Shown here in pieces: positions 17,702 to 25,977 of a stretch of 32,000 nt of DNA. Position 1 is the stretch's first letter. Every line of letters starts with the position of its first letter. A program made the translations under genes and the position numbers. Under the pieces are notes generated by a model. The model was given only the letters and a program-made list of their open reading frames with translations. It was not told where the DNA came from and ran no database searches. The stretch is from Schaalia meyeri (GTDB taxonomy: Bacteria; Actinomycetota; Actinomycetes; Actinomycetales; Actinomycetaceae). The stretch lies in contig NZ_FNLK01000006.1 in the NCBI RefSeq assembly GCF_900105015.1, positions 75,480 through 107,479 of the forward strand. Direction: 5' to 3'.

Positions 17702-17924
17702 GCATGTACTCCGATCAATGTTAATAGTGGCTAAGAGGCGGATAGGCGTCAGTTGCCTGGGGACCTCCGTTTGTCGCCGTGTGCGGATCGATGTTCGCGC
17801 CCCGCGCAACTTTACGGGGGCGAGACAAGACTCAAGCATAGTCAACGTCTCTCATGCCCGCCTGGTGCTGGCGGGTGCCGACACTGAGAACGGTTGTATG
17901 AGTGGGTTCATGGGGTAATCTCAG

Positions 17925-18773
17925 ATGGTGAAGCGAATCGACCCCCATACCCACAGTGCCTATTCCGACGGGACGGATACCCCCGCGCAGCTGCTCGCGT
18001 TCGCCGCGCGCGCCGGGTTGGATGCGATTGCGCTGACCGATCACGATACGACCGCCGGGTGGGACCAGGCCGCGTCCGCCGTCCCGGGCGTCGGCGTGAA
18101 TCTCATCCGAGGCGCCGAGATCTCTTGCTCCACCTCGGGCATTTCCGTGCACCTGCTGGGGTACCTCTTCGATCCGGAAGACCCCGGCCTCGTCGATGTT
18201 TTCCGGCGCACGCGCGAGGACCGCGAGACCCGCGCGCAGCGCATGGTGGGTAGGCTCGAGGCCGACTATCCGATCTCGTGGGAGGACGTGCGAGCCTTCG
18301 CCCCCGACGGTGGGCCCGTGGGGCGTCCACACATCGCCGACGCCCTGGTTGCGGCCGGCTGTTTCCCCGACCGCAGCGCAGCGTTTATCCAGGCGCTGCA
18401 CCCCTCCGGCCCGTACTACGTGCACCACTGGGCTCCCGATCCAGTCGATGCCGTGCGCCTCGTGCTCGAGGCCGGGGGAGTCCCTGTCCTGGCTCACCCT
18501 CGCGCGCGCGCGCGTTCGCGCCTGCTGCCCGAGACCGTGATCGGGGACATGGCCGATGCCGGGCTCTTTGGTATCGAGCGCGATCACCGCGATCACGAGG
18601 CAGAGGATCGCGCGGACGTCGATCGCATCGCGGGGGAGCTGGGGCTGGCGATTTTCGGGTCCTCTGACTATCACGGGACGGGCAAACCCAACCGCATCGG
18701 AGAGAACATGACGGATCCGCGCACGATCGCCGAGGTGATCGAGCGGGGGCGCATCGGGGTGGTTGAGCCGTGA
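17925..18773 (+). CDS. PHP domain-containing metal-dependent phosphoesterase (TrpH/YciV-like, 282 aa)
   Basis: It has the N-terminal IDPHTHSAYSDGT motif, then IALTDHDT, SVHLLGY, VLAHP and a C-terminal SDYHG. This set of His/Asp metal ligands is typical of PHP. Confidence 0.85.
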   Translation: MVKRIDPHTHSAYSDGTDTPAQLLAFAARAGLDAIALTDHDTTAGWDQAASAVPGVGVNLIRGAEISCSTSGISVHLLGYLFDPEDPGLVDVFRRTREDRETRAQRMVGRLEADYPISWEDVRAFAPDGGPVGRPHIADALVAAGCFPDRSAAFIQALHPSGPYYVHHWAPDPVDAVRLVLEAGGVPVLAHPRARARSRLLPETVIGDMADAGLFGIERDHRDHEAEDRADVDRIAGELGLAIFGSSDYHGTGKPNRIGENMTDPRTIAEVIERGRIGVVEP

Positions 18774-19399
18774 GCGTTTTCGATGTCACTCTCTTTACGG
18801 CGACGTTCGCGACGCTGATGGTCATCATGGATCCCATCGGCACCGTCCCGGTGTTCCTGGGCTTGACCAGCCGGTACTCCCCGCTGAAACAACGCCGCGC
18901 GGCAATCCAGGCGACCTCCGTGTCTTTCGGGGTCATCGTTACCTTCGCGATCCTGGGCGGGCAGATCCTGCAGCTGCTCCACATTTCCGTGGAGGCTCTG
19001 CAGCTCTCCGGAGGCGTCCTGCTGTTCCTGGTCGCCATGGAGCTCCTGATGGGCACGGAATCCTCGTCCCCCGATACGGGCGATGAGAGCGTGAATGTCG
19101 CGCTCGTACCGCTGGGAACGCCGCTCTTGGCGGGTCCCGGTTCGATTGTGGCCGTCATGGTCGCCGTCGGTCAGGCGGGCAGCAACGTCGGGTCGTGGGT
19201 CGCGGTGCTGCTTGCCGTCGTCCTGGCGCACGTTGTCATGTGGCTGACCATGCGTTTCTCGTTGATGCTCTCGCGGCTCCTCGGACCCGGAGGCATCATG
19301 CTGCTGACCAAGATTTCGGGTCTGCTGTTGGCGGCGATTGCGACCCAGCTCATCATGGAGGGGATTTTCCAGTTCATCGCGGCCTCGCACCTCTCCTGA
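18770..19399 (+). CDS. MarC family (UPF0056) integral membrane protein (209 aa)
   Basis: The GTG start overlaps the PHP stop (GTGA). The N-terminal FATLMVIMDPIGTVPVFLGLT is the MarC signature. It has about 6 TM segments. Confidence 0.85.
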   Translation: MSVFDVTLFTATFATLMVIMDPIGTVPVFLGLTSRYSPLKQRRAAIQATSVSFGVIVTFAILGGQILQLLHISVEALQLSGGVLLFLVAMELLMGTESSSPDTGDESVNVALVPLGTPLLAGPGSIVAVMVAVGQAGSNVGSWVAVLLAVVLAHVVMWLTMRFSLMLSRLLGPGGIMLLTKISGLLLAAIATQLIMEGIFQFIAASHLS

Positions 19400-19601
19400 C
19401 CTGGCCTGATGGGCCTGCTTTGTGTTCGTTGGTGTGGCGCTGTCGTGGCGCCGGGCGGCACGCCGATGTGTGATTCTGGGAAATCTGTTCATTTCGGTCA
19501 GGAAGTATTGTAAGGTGGGCGTGAACGCCGTGGCGCGACGCGGTTCGCACCGGTCAGGGTCACGCATTCATCCCTCTCAGCATCCGTATCAGGAGAAACT
19601 A

Positions 19602-20168
19602 ATGAAGAAGACGAGTTCGTCTCTGCTCGCCGCAACCGCGGTGCTCGGTTTGATCGTTGCTTCGGCCGGTGCTGCTTTCGCTGCCGAGACCCCCGCTGAC
19701 AAGCAGCCCTCGTCCCCCGCTACCACCGCCCCCGATGGTAAGCAGGAGCCGGCCCCCGGCGACAAGCAGACTCCGCCTCCCGGTGGTGGCCAGACTCCGC
19801 CTCCCGGTGGCGGTCAGACCCCGCCCCCCGGTGGTGGCCAGACCCCGCCCCCCGGTGGTGGCCAGACTCCGCCTCCCGGTGGCGGTCAGACTCCGCCCCC
19901 CGGCGATAACCAGACGCCCGCCCCCGGCGGCGACCAGGGCGCTGGCGGTTCCTCCGGTGCCGTTGGCGGATCCGGCGTGAGCACCCGCGGCCAGATCTCG
20001 ACCGGCAATGGTCCGGCCCCCGTTTCTGCCCGCGGTGGTATCCGAAACTCCTCCCCTCAGGGTTCGGCGCTGGCTAATACCGGTTCTACCGCGTCGCTCG
20101 CCGCCGGTGCCGGTGTGATCGCCCTGGCTGGTGGCGTGAGCCTGGTGATTGCGCGTAAGCGTCACTGA
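19602..20168 (+). CDS. Proline-rich repeat surface protein with an LAxTG cell-wall sorting signal (188 aa)
   Basis: AGGAGA RBS is upstream of ATG 19602. The signal peptide is MKKTSSSLLAATAVLGLIVASAGAAFA. GGGQTPPP repeats follow. The C-terminus has LANTG, a hydrophobic stretch and ARKRH, which forms a sortase (LAxTG, class E-type) anchor. Confidence 0.85.
   Translation: MKKTSSSLLAATAVLGLIVASAGAAFAAETPADKQPSSPATTAPDGKQEPAPGDKQTPPPGGGQTPPPGGGQTPPPGGGQTPPPGGGQTPPPGGGQTPPPGDNQTPAPGGDQGAGGSSGAVGGSGVSTRGQISTGNGPAPVSARGGIRNSSPQGSALANTGSTASLAAGAGVIALAGGVSLVIARKRH
19767..19934 (+). repeat. In-frame 24-bp tandem repeat (about 5 full and 2 degenerate units) encoding QTPPPGGG
   Basis: Units begin at 19767, 19791, 19815, 19839, 19863, 19887 and 19911. 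The consensus is CAGACYCCGCCYCCCGGTGGYGGY. Units differ only at synonymous positions until the last two degenerate copies. Confidence 0.9.
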
Positions 20169-20190
20169 GGCGTTTCGGCCTGACAAATAT

Positions 20191-20221
20191 CGCGGACCCG
20201 CTCGATGAGGGCGGGTCCGCG
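20191..20221 (+). terminator. Intrinsic terminator after the surface-protein gene
   Basis: Stem CGCGGACCCGC / GCGGGTCCGCG with an 8-9-nt loop, 23 nt after the stop. The downstream sequence ATCTGTCTGGTTTGTG is T-containing. Confidence 0.6.
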
Positions 20222-20737
20222 ATCTGTCTGGTTTGTGCAGATCGTCGGCTATTTGTGCACGAACGTGCACGTTAAAACGGTGAACTTGCACTGAAAAGTG
20301 GCTCGTTCGCCTTGAATCGATGCGCGCGACGTAGGCACAATGGAAGTACCGAATGTCACCATGAACTGAGCCCTCATGATGAATCGGTGATGGGAAGTGG
20401 CATCGCTTAAACGAGGGGTGCCACTTTCCTGTTATGCGTCCCTGCGGACAGTGCCCCCGCAGGGGCGCACCTTTTTGTGGCCGCGTGAGCAGCGGGAGGC
20501 CGGAGAGGGGACGGTGGAGAAAGGTCGATCGGGGGCACCGTGACGTGTGCATTTGGTCGCGTGAGTTCGCGGCAAGGGTGTGTTCCATCACGCGTGTCGG
20601 GGTGGTGAATATCCCACAGGCGCGTCCGAGTGGGGAAAAGAGCGCAGCTATCGCTACCCTCTAGAACATGAGGCCCGACCCCGCCCTCGGGGTGCTCGCC
20701 CCGGCGAGAGTGGCGCAGTTACAAAAAAGGAAGACGA

Positions 20738-23104
20738 ATGACGCTGGATCTGACGCAGTCGCTGCCCTCACACGTGCGCGCGACCTCGGGACGCCCCGTT
20801 GAAGATTCGACCCTGATGGAGGTGTGGCAGGGACTGTCCGCCGCCATCGTCGATCAGATTGCTGACAACTGGGCCGCCACTACTGAGCGCTATGCTAAGG
20901 GTCGTCAGGAACACTACTTCTCAGCGGAGTTCCTCATGGGGCGAGCCCTGCTGAACAACCTGTCGAATCTCGGCCTCGTCGATGAGGCGCGCGAGGCTCT
21001 GGCCCGCTACGGCCTGGACCTGGGGCAGGTCCTCGAGGAAGAACCCGATGCGGCCCTCGGCAACGGCGGCCTCGGCCGCCTGGCCGCCTGCTTCCTGGAC
21101 TCCTGTGTCACCCTCGACCTGCCCGTTCGCGGCTACGGCATTCTTTACCGCTACGGCCTGTTCAAGCAGCTCTTCGACAACGGCTTCCAGACCGAGCATC
21201 CCGACCCGTGGATGGAAGACGGCTACCCCTTCGTGACGCGCCGCGAGGAGCTCGCCCGCATTGTTTCCTACGCGGATCTGACCGTGCGCGCCGTCCCCTG
21301 CGACATCGCGATCACCGGATATGGCACCAAGAACGTGGGTACCCTGCGCCTGTGGAAGGCCGAGCCCATCGAGGAATTCGACTACGACGCTTTCAACTCC
21401 CAGCGTTTCACCGACGCGATCGTTGATCGCGAGCGCACCATGGACATCTCCCGTGTCCTGTACCCCAACGACACTACGTTCGAGGGCAAGGTCCTGCGCG
21501 TCCGCCAGCAGTACTTCTTCTGCTCCGCCTCGCTGCAGGAGATCGTCGAAAACTACGTGCGTCACCACGGCACCGACCTGACCGGCTTCGCGCGCTACAA
21601 CGCCGTCCAGCTCAATGACACCCACCCCGTCCTGGCCATCCCCGAGCTCATGCGCATCCTCATGGACCAGCACGGCTTGGGCTGGGAGGACGCGTGGGCT
21701 GTCGTCTCCAAGACCTTCGCCTACACGAACCACACGGTCCTGGCCGAGGCCCTGGAGACCTGGGACATTCACATCTTCGACCGACTGTTCCCGCGCATCT
21801 CCGAGATCGTGCGCGAGATCGACCGTCGCTTCCGTATCGACATGGCCGGCCGCGGCCTCGACCAGGGAACCATCGACTACATGGCCCCCGTCGCGGGCAA
21901 CTCCGTGCGCATGGCGTGGATCGCCTGCTACGCCTCCTACTCCATCAATGGTGTCGCCGCCCTGCACACGGAGATCATCAAGCGCGACACCCTCAAGGAG
22001 TGGCACGCCATCTGGCCCGAGCGCTTCAACAACAAGACCAACGGCGTCACCCCGCGTCGCTGGCTCAAGCAGTGCAACCCGCGCCTGGCCGCCCTCCTCG
22101 ACGAGGTCACCGGCTCCGATGCGTGGGTTCGCGACCTCACGGAGCTGGCCAAGTTTACCTCCGCCGGATCCGAGGCGGTTCTCGAGCGTCTCGACCGAAT
22201 CAAGTATGAGAACAAGGTGGACTTCGCCGCCTGGGTGAAGGAACGCGAGGGCGTCGACATCGACCCCACCGCGATCTTCGACGTTCAGATCAAGCGCCTG
22301 CACGAGTACAAGCGCCAGCTGCTCAACGCGTTCTACGTCCTGGACCTGTATTTCAGGCTCAAGGACGACCCGACCCTGGACACCCCCAGCCGCGTCTTCA
22401 TTTTTGGAGCGAAGGCGGCCCCCGGTTACATCCGCGCCAAGGCCATCATCAAGCTCATCAACGCTATCGCCGAGCTGGTGAACAATGACGCGGACATCAA
22501 CGGCCGCATCAAGGTCGTTTTCGTTCACAACTACAACGTCTCGCCCGCCGAGCACATCATCCCCGCCGCCGACGTCTCCGAGCAGATCTCGATGGCCGGC
22601 AAGGAGGCATCGGGCACGTCGAACATGAAGTTCATGATGAACGGCGCGCTGACCCTGGGCACCCTGGACGGGGCGAACGTGGAGATTCTCGAGGCCGTGG
22701 GCGAGGAGAACGCCTATATCTTCGGCGCGACGGACGAGCAGCTGCCCGAGCTGCGTCGCTACTACGATCCGCGTTGGCACTATGAGAACGTCCCTGGCCT
22801 CAAGCGTGTCATCGACGCCCTGACTGACGGTACGCTGTGCGACTCGGGTTCCGGCTGGTTCCACGACATCCGCCACTCGCTCCTCGAAGGTGGATTCGAT
22901 CCGGCCGACGTCTACTACGTCCTGGGTGACTTCGCATCCTACCGCGAGACCAAGGATCGCATGGCCGCGGATTACCGCGACCGCTCGGCCTGGAACGCGC
23001 GCGTGTGGGCGAACATCTCCCGCTCCGGTCGTTTCTCCTCCGACCGCACGATCTCCGACTATGCGCGCGAGGTCTGGCGCATCGAGGGTGAGCCGATCGC
23101 CTGA
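20738..23104 (+). CDS. glgP: Glycogen/maltodextrin phosphorylase (GT35, 788 aa)
   Basis: It has the PLP-lysine block EASGTSNMKFMMNGALTLGTLDGANVEI, the N-terminal YFSAEFLMGRAL and GNGGLGRLAACFLDS, and NDTHP. Confidence 0.95.
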   Translation: MTLDLTQSLPSHVRATSGRPVEDSTLMEVWQGLSAAIVDQIADNWAATTERYAKGRQEHYFSAEFLMGRALLNNLSNLGLVDEAREALARYGLDLGQVLEEEPDAALGNGGLGRLAACFLDSCVTLDLPVRGYGILYRYGLFKQLFDNGFQTEHPDPWMEDGYPFVTRREELARIVSYADLTVRAVPCDIAITGYGTKNVGTLRLWKAEPIEEFDYDAFNSQRFTDAIVDRERTMDISRVLYPNDTTFEGKVLRVRQQYFFCSASLQEIVENYVRHHGTDLTGFARYNAVQLNDTHPVLAIPELMRILMDQHGLGWEDAWAVVSKTFAYTNHTVLAEALETWDIHIFDRLFPRISEIVREIDRRFRIDMAGRGLDQGTIDYMAPVAGNSVRMAWIACYASYSINGVAALHTEIIKRDTLKEWHAIWPERFNNKTNGVTPRRWLKQCNPRLAALLDEVTGSDAWVRDLTELAKFTSAGSEAVLERLDRIKYENKVDFAAWVKEREGVDIDPTAIFDVQIKRLHEYKRQLLNAFYVLDLYFRLKDDPTLDTPSRVFIFGAKAAPGYIRAKAIIKLINAIAELVNNDADINGRIKVVFVHNYNVSPAEHIIPAADVSEQISMAGKEASGTSNMKFMMNGALTLGTLDGANVEILEAVGEENAYIFGATDEQLPELRRYYDPRWHYENVPGLKRVIDALTDGTLCDSGSGWFHDIRHSLLEGGFDPADVYYVLGDFASYRETKDRMAADYRDRSAWNARVWANISRSGRFSSDRTISDYAREVWRIEGEPIA

Positions 23105-23115
23105 CGCGTGCGCGT

Positions 23116-23153
23116 GAGTGAGGCCCGGGACCGAGCGGTCCCGGGCCTCACTC
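23116..23153 (+). terminator. Strong intrinsic terminator after glgP
   Basis: Perfect 17-bp stem GAGTGAGGCCCGGGACC (23116-23132) / GGTCCCGGGCCTCACTC (23137-23153) with a GAGC loop. A T-rich tract follows (ATTGATGCTCTTGTGATCTGTGTCTCGTTTTCC). Confidence 0.75.
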
Positions 23154-23193
23154 ATTGATGCTCTTGTGATCTGTGTCTCGTTTTCCGAGATAG

Positions 23194-23253
23194 CTGTATT
23201 ACTGTGTTGACACAGTTGGGAAAGGCTGTCATTGTATTACTGTATTAATACAG
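23194..23253 (+). promoter_or_regulatory. Operator/promoter region of the GntR-ABC cassette
   Basis: This is an AT-rich island in GC-rich DNA. It has an inverted repeat ACTGTGT-TG-ACACAGT (23201-23216) containing TTGACA. It has a perfect 14-bp palindrome CTGTATTAATACAG (23240-23253) of the GT-N6-AC type. An 11-bp direct repeat TGTATTACTGT occurs at 23195-23205 and 23233-23243. Confidence 0.6.
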
Positions 23254-23274
23254 CAAGACAGGAGGGGTACATTG

Positions 23275-23637
23275 ATGCGCATCGATGACACCCGCCCCAT
23301 CTGGATCCAGCTGGCCGACGCCTTTCGCGCCCGCATCATGAACGGCACGTGGAAGCCCGGAGCGAAGATCCCATCCGTCCGAGACCTCGCCATCGAGGCC
23401 GGCACGAACCCCAATACCGTCCAACGAGCCCTCGCCACCCTCGACGACGAAGGACTCACGATCCCGAAGCGAACCGCCGGGCGATTCGTCGCCACTGACG
23501 ACAAGGCCCTGCATGCCCTGCGAAGGGACGACGCGCGGGCAGCGGCAGACACCTACGTCCGCACCTGCCTGGCGCTCGGAATCGACCGGGAAAGCGCCCA
23601 CAGTCTCGTCGATGAGCATTGGAACTCCGACTCATAG
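23275..23637 (+). CDS. GntR family transcriptional regulator, YtrA subfamily (120 aa)
   Basis: GGAGGGG RBS is upstream of ATG 23275. The winged HTH is KIPSVRDLAIEAGTNPNTVQRALATLDDEGL. The very short C-terminal region (about 50 aa, two helices) is characteristic of YtrA-type GntR proteins paired with ABC transporters. Confidence 0.85.
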   Translation: MRIDDTRPIWIQLADAFRARIMNGTWKPGAKIPSVRDLAIEAGTNPNTVQRALATLDDEGLTIPKRTAGRFVATDDKALHALRRDDARAAADTYVRTCLALGIDRESAHSLVDEHWNSDS

Positions 23638-23657
23638 CACACAGGAGGCATCCCCTC

Positions 23658-24386
23658 ATGACCACCCAATCCCCGGGCGCCACAACGGCGTCCCCTGGCC
23701 TCGTTCACATCGACGGCCTGACCAAGCGCTACCGCGCGACGACCGCCCTGCAGGACTTTCACCTGACCCTCGACGCCGGCCACATCGTCGGCCTCATGGG
23801 ACCCAACGGCTGTGGCAAGACCACGCTGTTGAAGATCCTGGCCGGCGTCCTGTCCGACTACGACGGCACCGTCGCCATCAACGGGCACCGCCCCGGACCC
23901 GTCTCCAAGTCCATCGTCTCCTACCTGCCCGACGCCGACTTCCTCAACGTGGAATGGACCGCGCGCAAGGTCATCGCCGAATACTCCCGGTTTTTTGCCG
24001 ACTTCGACGCCGACAAGGCGGCCGCCATGGTCGACTTCTACGGCCTGCCGCAGGGGCGGCCACTGCGCGAAATGAGCAAGGGCATGGGTGAGAAGCTCCA
24101 GATCAGCCTCATCATGTCCCGGCGCGCCCGCGTGTTCCTGCTGGACGAGCCCATCAGCGGCGTCGATCCCGCCACCCGCGACGTCATCCTCGAGGGGATC
24201 CTGCGCGAGTTCGACCCCTCCTCGCTGCTCATCATGTCCACCCACCTCATCTCCGACATCGAACACTTCGTCGACTACGCGCTCTTCATGAAAGGGGGGA
24301 GCATCTTCCTCCAAGGCGACGCCGACGACCTGCGTGCCACGCGGGGGGACTCCCTCGACGCAATCTTCCGAAAGGAGTACCGCTGA
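23658..24386 (+). CDS. ABC transporter ATP-binding protein (242 aa)
   Basis: AGGAGG RBS lies 9 nt upstream of ATG 23658. It has Walker A GPNGCGKTT, the signature-like MSKGMGEKL, Walker B VFLLDEP and an H-loop MSTHL. Confidence 0.9.
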   Translation: MTTQSPGATTASPGLVHIDGLTKRYRATTALQDFHLTLDAGHIVGLMGPNGCGKTTLLKILAGVLSDYDGTVAINGHRPGPVSKSIVSYLPDADFLNVEWTARKVIAEYSRFFADFDADKAAAMVDFYGLPQGRPLREMSKGMGEKLQISLIMSRRARVFLLDEPISGVDPATRDVILEGILREFDPSSLLIMSTHLISDIEHFVDYALFMKGGSIFLQGDADDLRATRGDSLDAIFRKEYR

Positions 24387-25201
24387 TGTACCCGACACTG
24401 CTGTCATATGAAATCCGCTCCCGAGCCTGCGCCGACGCGCGCATCCTCGCGGCGCTCGCCGCGGTCGCCGCGGCCACCCTCGGCGTCATCGCCCTCGGTA
24501 TCCCCGGCCTGAGCGGTTCCGCCACGACACTTGCCTACATCATATGTATCGCGACCCCCGTCGGGTTCGCGGTGATCGGGATGAGCGACTACTGGAAGAC
24601 CCTCTACGGCCAACGCGGCTACTTCACGATGAGCCTGCCGACTTCGGGGGCGTCGATCTTCTGGGCAAAGGTCACCCGGATTTTCCTCGAATCACTCGTC
24701 GCCCTCATTTTCACCATCGGAGGCATCATTGCTACTGCCTCCGTGACGGCCTGGCGTAACGGATTGACCCTGACCGAGTACACCGCCAATTTTCGCGCCG
24801 CCTTCGCAATCTTCCCCACCTCGGTCCTGGTCATGCTGGCGATCGGGCAGATCGTTTCGACGTTCGGCCTCATCGTGCAAGCCTGCGCCGTCATGACGAT
24901 CGGGGCTGAGGGACGCTTCAACCACATGGGCTTCGGTGCGCCGATAATAGGTTTCATCATCCTTTACCTCATCAACCAAGTGCTCAGCGGCGTCGGTACC
25001 CTCTTCTCCCCGCTGTCCGTGAACATCACGACCGGGCGATTGAGTACCGAGATCATGTGGACCTCGTTCATCTCCACGATCAATACTGATGAGTCGCCAA
25101 ACGTCATTGGGGTGGGGGCATACGTACTCTTCCCGCTGTTCGCTCTCGCCCTGGGGATCTGGGCCTCTCGCTCCATCGAGAAGCACACGTCCCTGCGCTA
25201 G
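24386..25201 (+). CDS. Polytopic membrane protein, putative permease partner of the ABC ATPase (271 aa, family not recognised)
   Basis: The ATG overlaps the ATPase stop (TGATG). It has about 6 hydrophobic segments. I recognise no conserved motif. It uses visibly more A/T-ending codons than its neighbours (tat, gaa, att, ttt, aat). Confidence 0.7.
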   Translation: MYPTLLSYEIRSRACADARILAALAAVAAATLGVIALGIPGLSGSATTLAYIICIATPVGFAVIGMSDYWKTLYGQRGYFTMSLPTSGASIFWAKVTRIFLESLVALIFTIGGIIATASVTAWRNGLTLTEYTANFRAAFAIFPTSVLVMLAIGQIVSTFGLIVQACAVMTIGAEGRFNHMGFGAPIIGFIILYLINQVLSGVGTLFSPLSVNITTGRLSTEIMWTSFISTINTDESPNVIGVGAYVLFPLFALALGIWASRSIEKHTSLR

Positions 25202-25206
25202 TCACC

Positions 25207-25258
25207 CGTCCTCGCGCGCGAGCCCAGCGTCCGCCCGCACCGCGAGCGCGCGAGGACG
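25207..25258 (+). other. GC-only 13-bp hairpin between the permease and CPBP genes (possible partial terminator or processing site)
   Basis: CGTCCTCGCGCGC (25207-25219) pairs perfectly with GCGCGCGAGGACG (25246-25258), leaving a 26-nt loop. There is no T tract. It starts 6 nt after the permease stop. Confidence 0.35.
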
Positions 25259-25328
25259 ATGGCAGCGTCGACGAAAGGAGGCGAGGCCCCCAACGCGCGT
25301 TTGCCAGGACCGAGCACAGGAGGTTTCG

Positions 25329-25937
25329 ATGTCCTACTTATCGTCAGCGATCAGCGCCTTCGTCCAACTTGGCCTGGTCCTCGTGCTTCCCCTCGCGTGG
25401 TGGGCGCTGGCCGCGCGCCGGACCGTTGCCTTTCTCACGTGGATCGGTCTGCGCAGACCGACGTGGCGCGCCAGCGCGCCGCAGCTCGCGTGCGCAGCGC
25501 TGTCGTGGGTATTCGTCGGGCTGGTTTCGATTGTGCTGCTGCAATCGCTCTCACGCGGTGAGCCCGCCTCGCGTTTCGCTGGAAGCGGCCTTGCCGGGGT
25601 TGTTCCGGTCCTGCTCTTCGCGATCATCCAGACCTCCCTCGCCGAGGAGATCTTCTTCCGAGGCTTCCTCGGAAAACGGCTCATCGCCAGATGGGGATTC
25701 GGGGTCGGAAACGCGGTGCAAGCCGTGGTCTTCGGTCTGCTCCACGTCGCCCTGTTCGCCTCCATCGCGGGCCCGATACAGGTCGTCCTGATCGGCGCCG
25801 CAACAGCTGCCAGCGGGTGGATGACGGGGTGGATCAACGAAAAGGGGGCGGAGGGATCAATCATTCCGGGCTGGTTGCTGCACGCGACGGCCAACCTGAT
25901 CGTCGGACTTGGAACCGCCTTCAACCTACTGGCCTGA
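25329..25937 (+). CDS. CPBP family intramembrane glutamic endopeptidase (CAAX protease / Abi family, 202 aa)
   Basis: AGGAGG RBS lies 5 nt upstream of ATG 25329. It has motif 1 LAEEIFFRGFLG, motif 2 FGLLHV and motif 3 WLLHATANL, embedded in about 6 TM helices. The track start at 25089 overlaps the permease and is unlikely. Confidence 0.85.
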   Translation: MSYLSSAISAFVQLGLVLVLPLAWWALAARRTVAFLTWIGLRRPTWRASAPQLACAALSWVFVGLVSIVLLQSLSRGEPASRFAGSGLAGVVPVLLFAIIQTSLAEEIFFRGFLGKRLIARWGFGVGNAVQAVVFGLLHVALFASIAGPIQVVLIGAATAASGWMTGWINEKGAEGSIIPGWLLHATANLIVGLGTAFNLLA

Positions 25938-25943
25938 AACCCG

Positions 25944-25977
25944 ACGCCACCAGCGACGCGCGGGTCGCTGGTGGCGT
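25944..25977 (+). terminator. Intrinsic terminator after the CPBP gene
   Basis: Perfect 14-bp stem ACGCCACCAGCGAC (25944-25957) / GTCGCTGGTGGCGT (25964-25977) with a 6-nt loop, 7 nt after the stop. It is followed by TTGCCTCTGCC. Confidence 0.65.

Noticed and set aside
19767-19934. Regular 24-bp repeats considered as a possible CRISPR array or non-coding satellite
   Set aside because: The units are contiguous with no spacers. They are in frame and sit inside a gene with a signal peptide and an LAxTG anchor. They encode a QTPPPGGG stalk.
20921-23155. 744-aa minus-strand ORF opposite glgP
   Set aside because: It is antisense to an unmistakable GT35 phosphorylase, and it runs through the glgP terminator.
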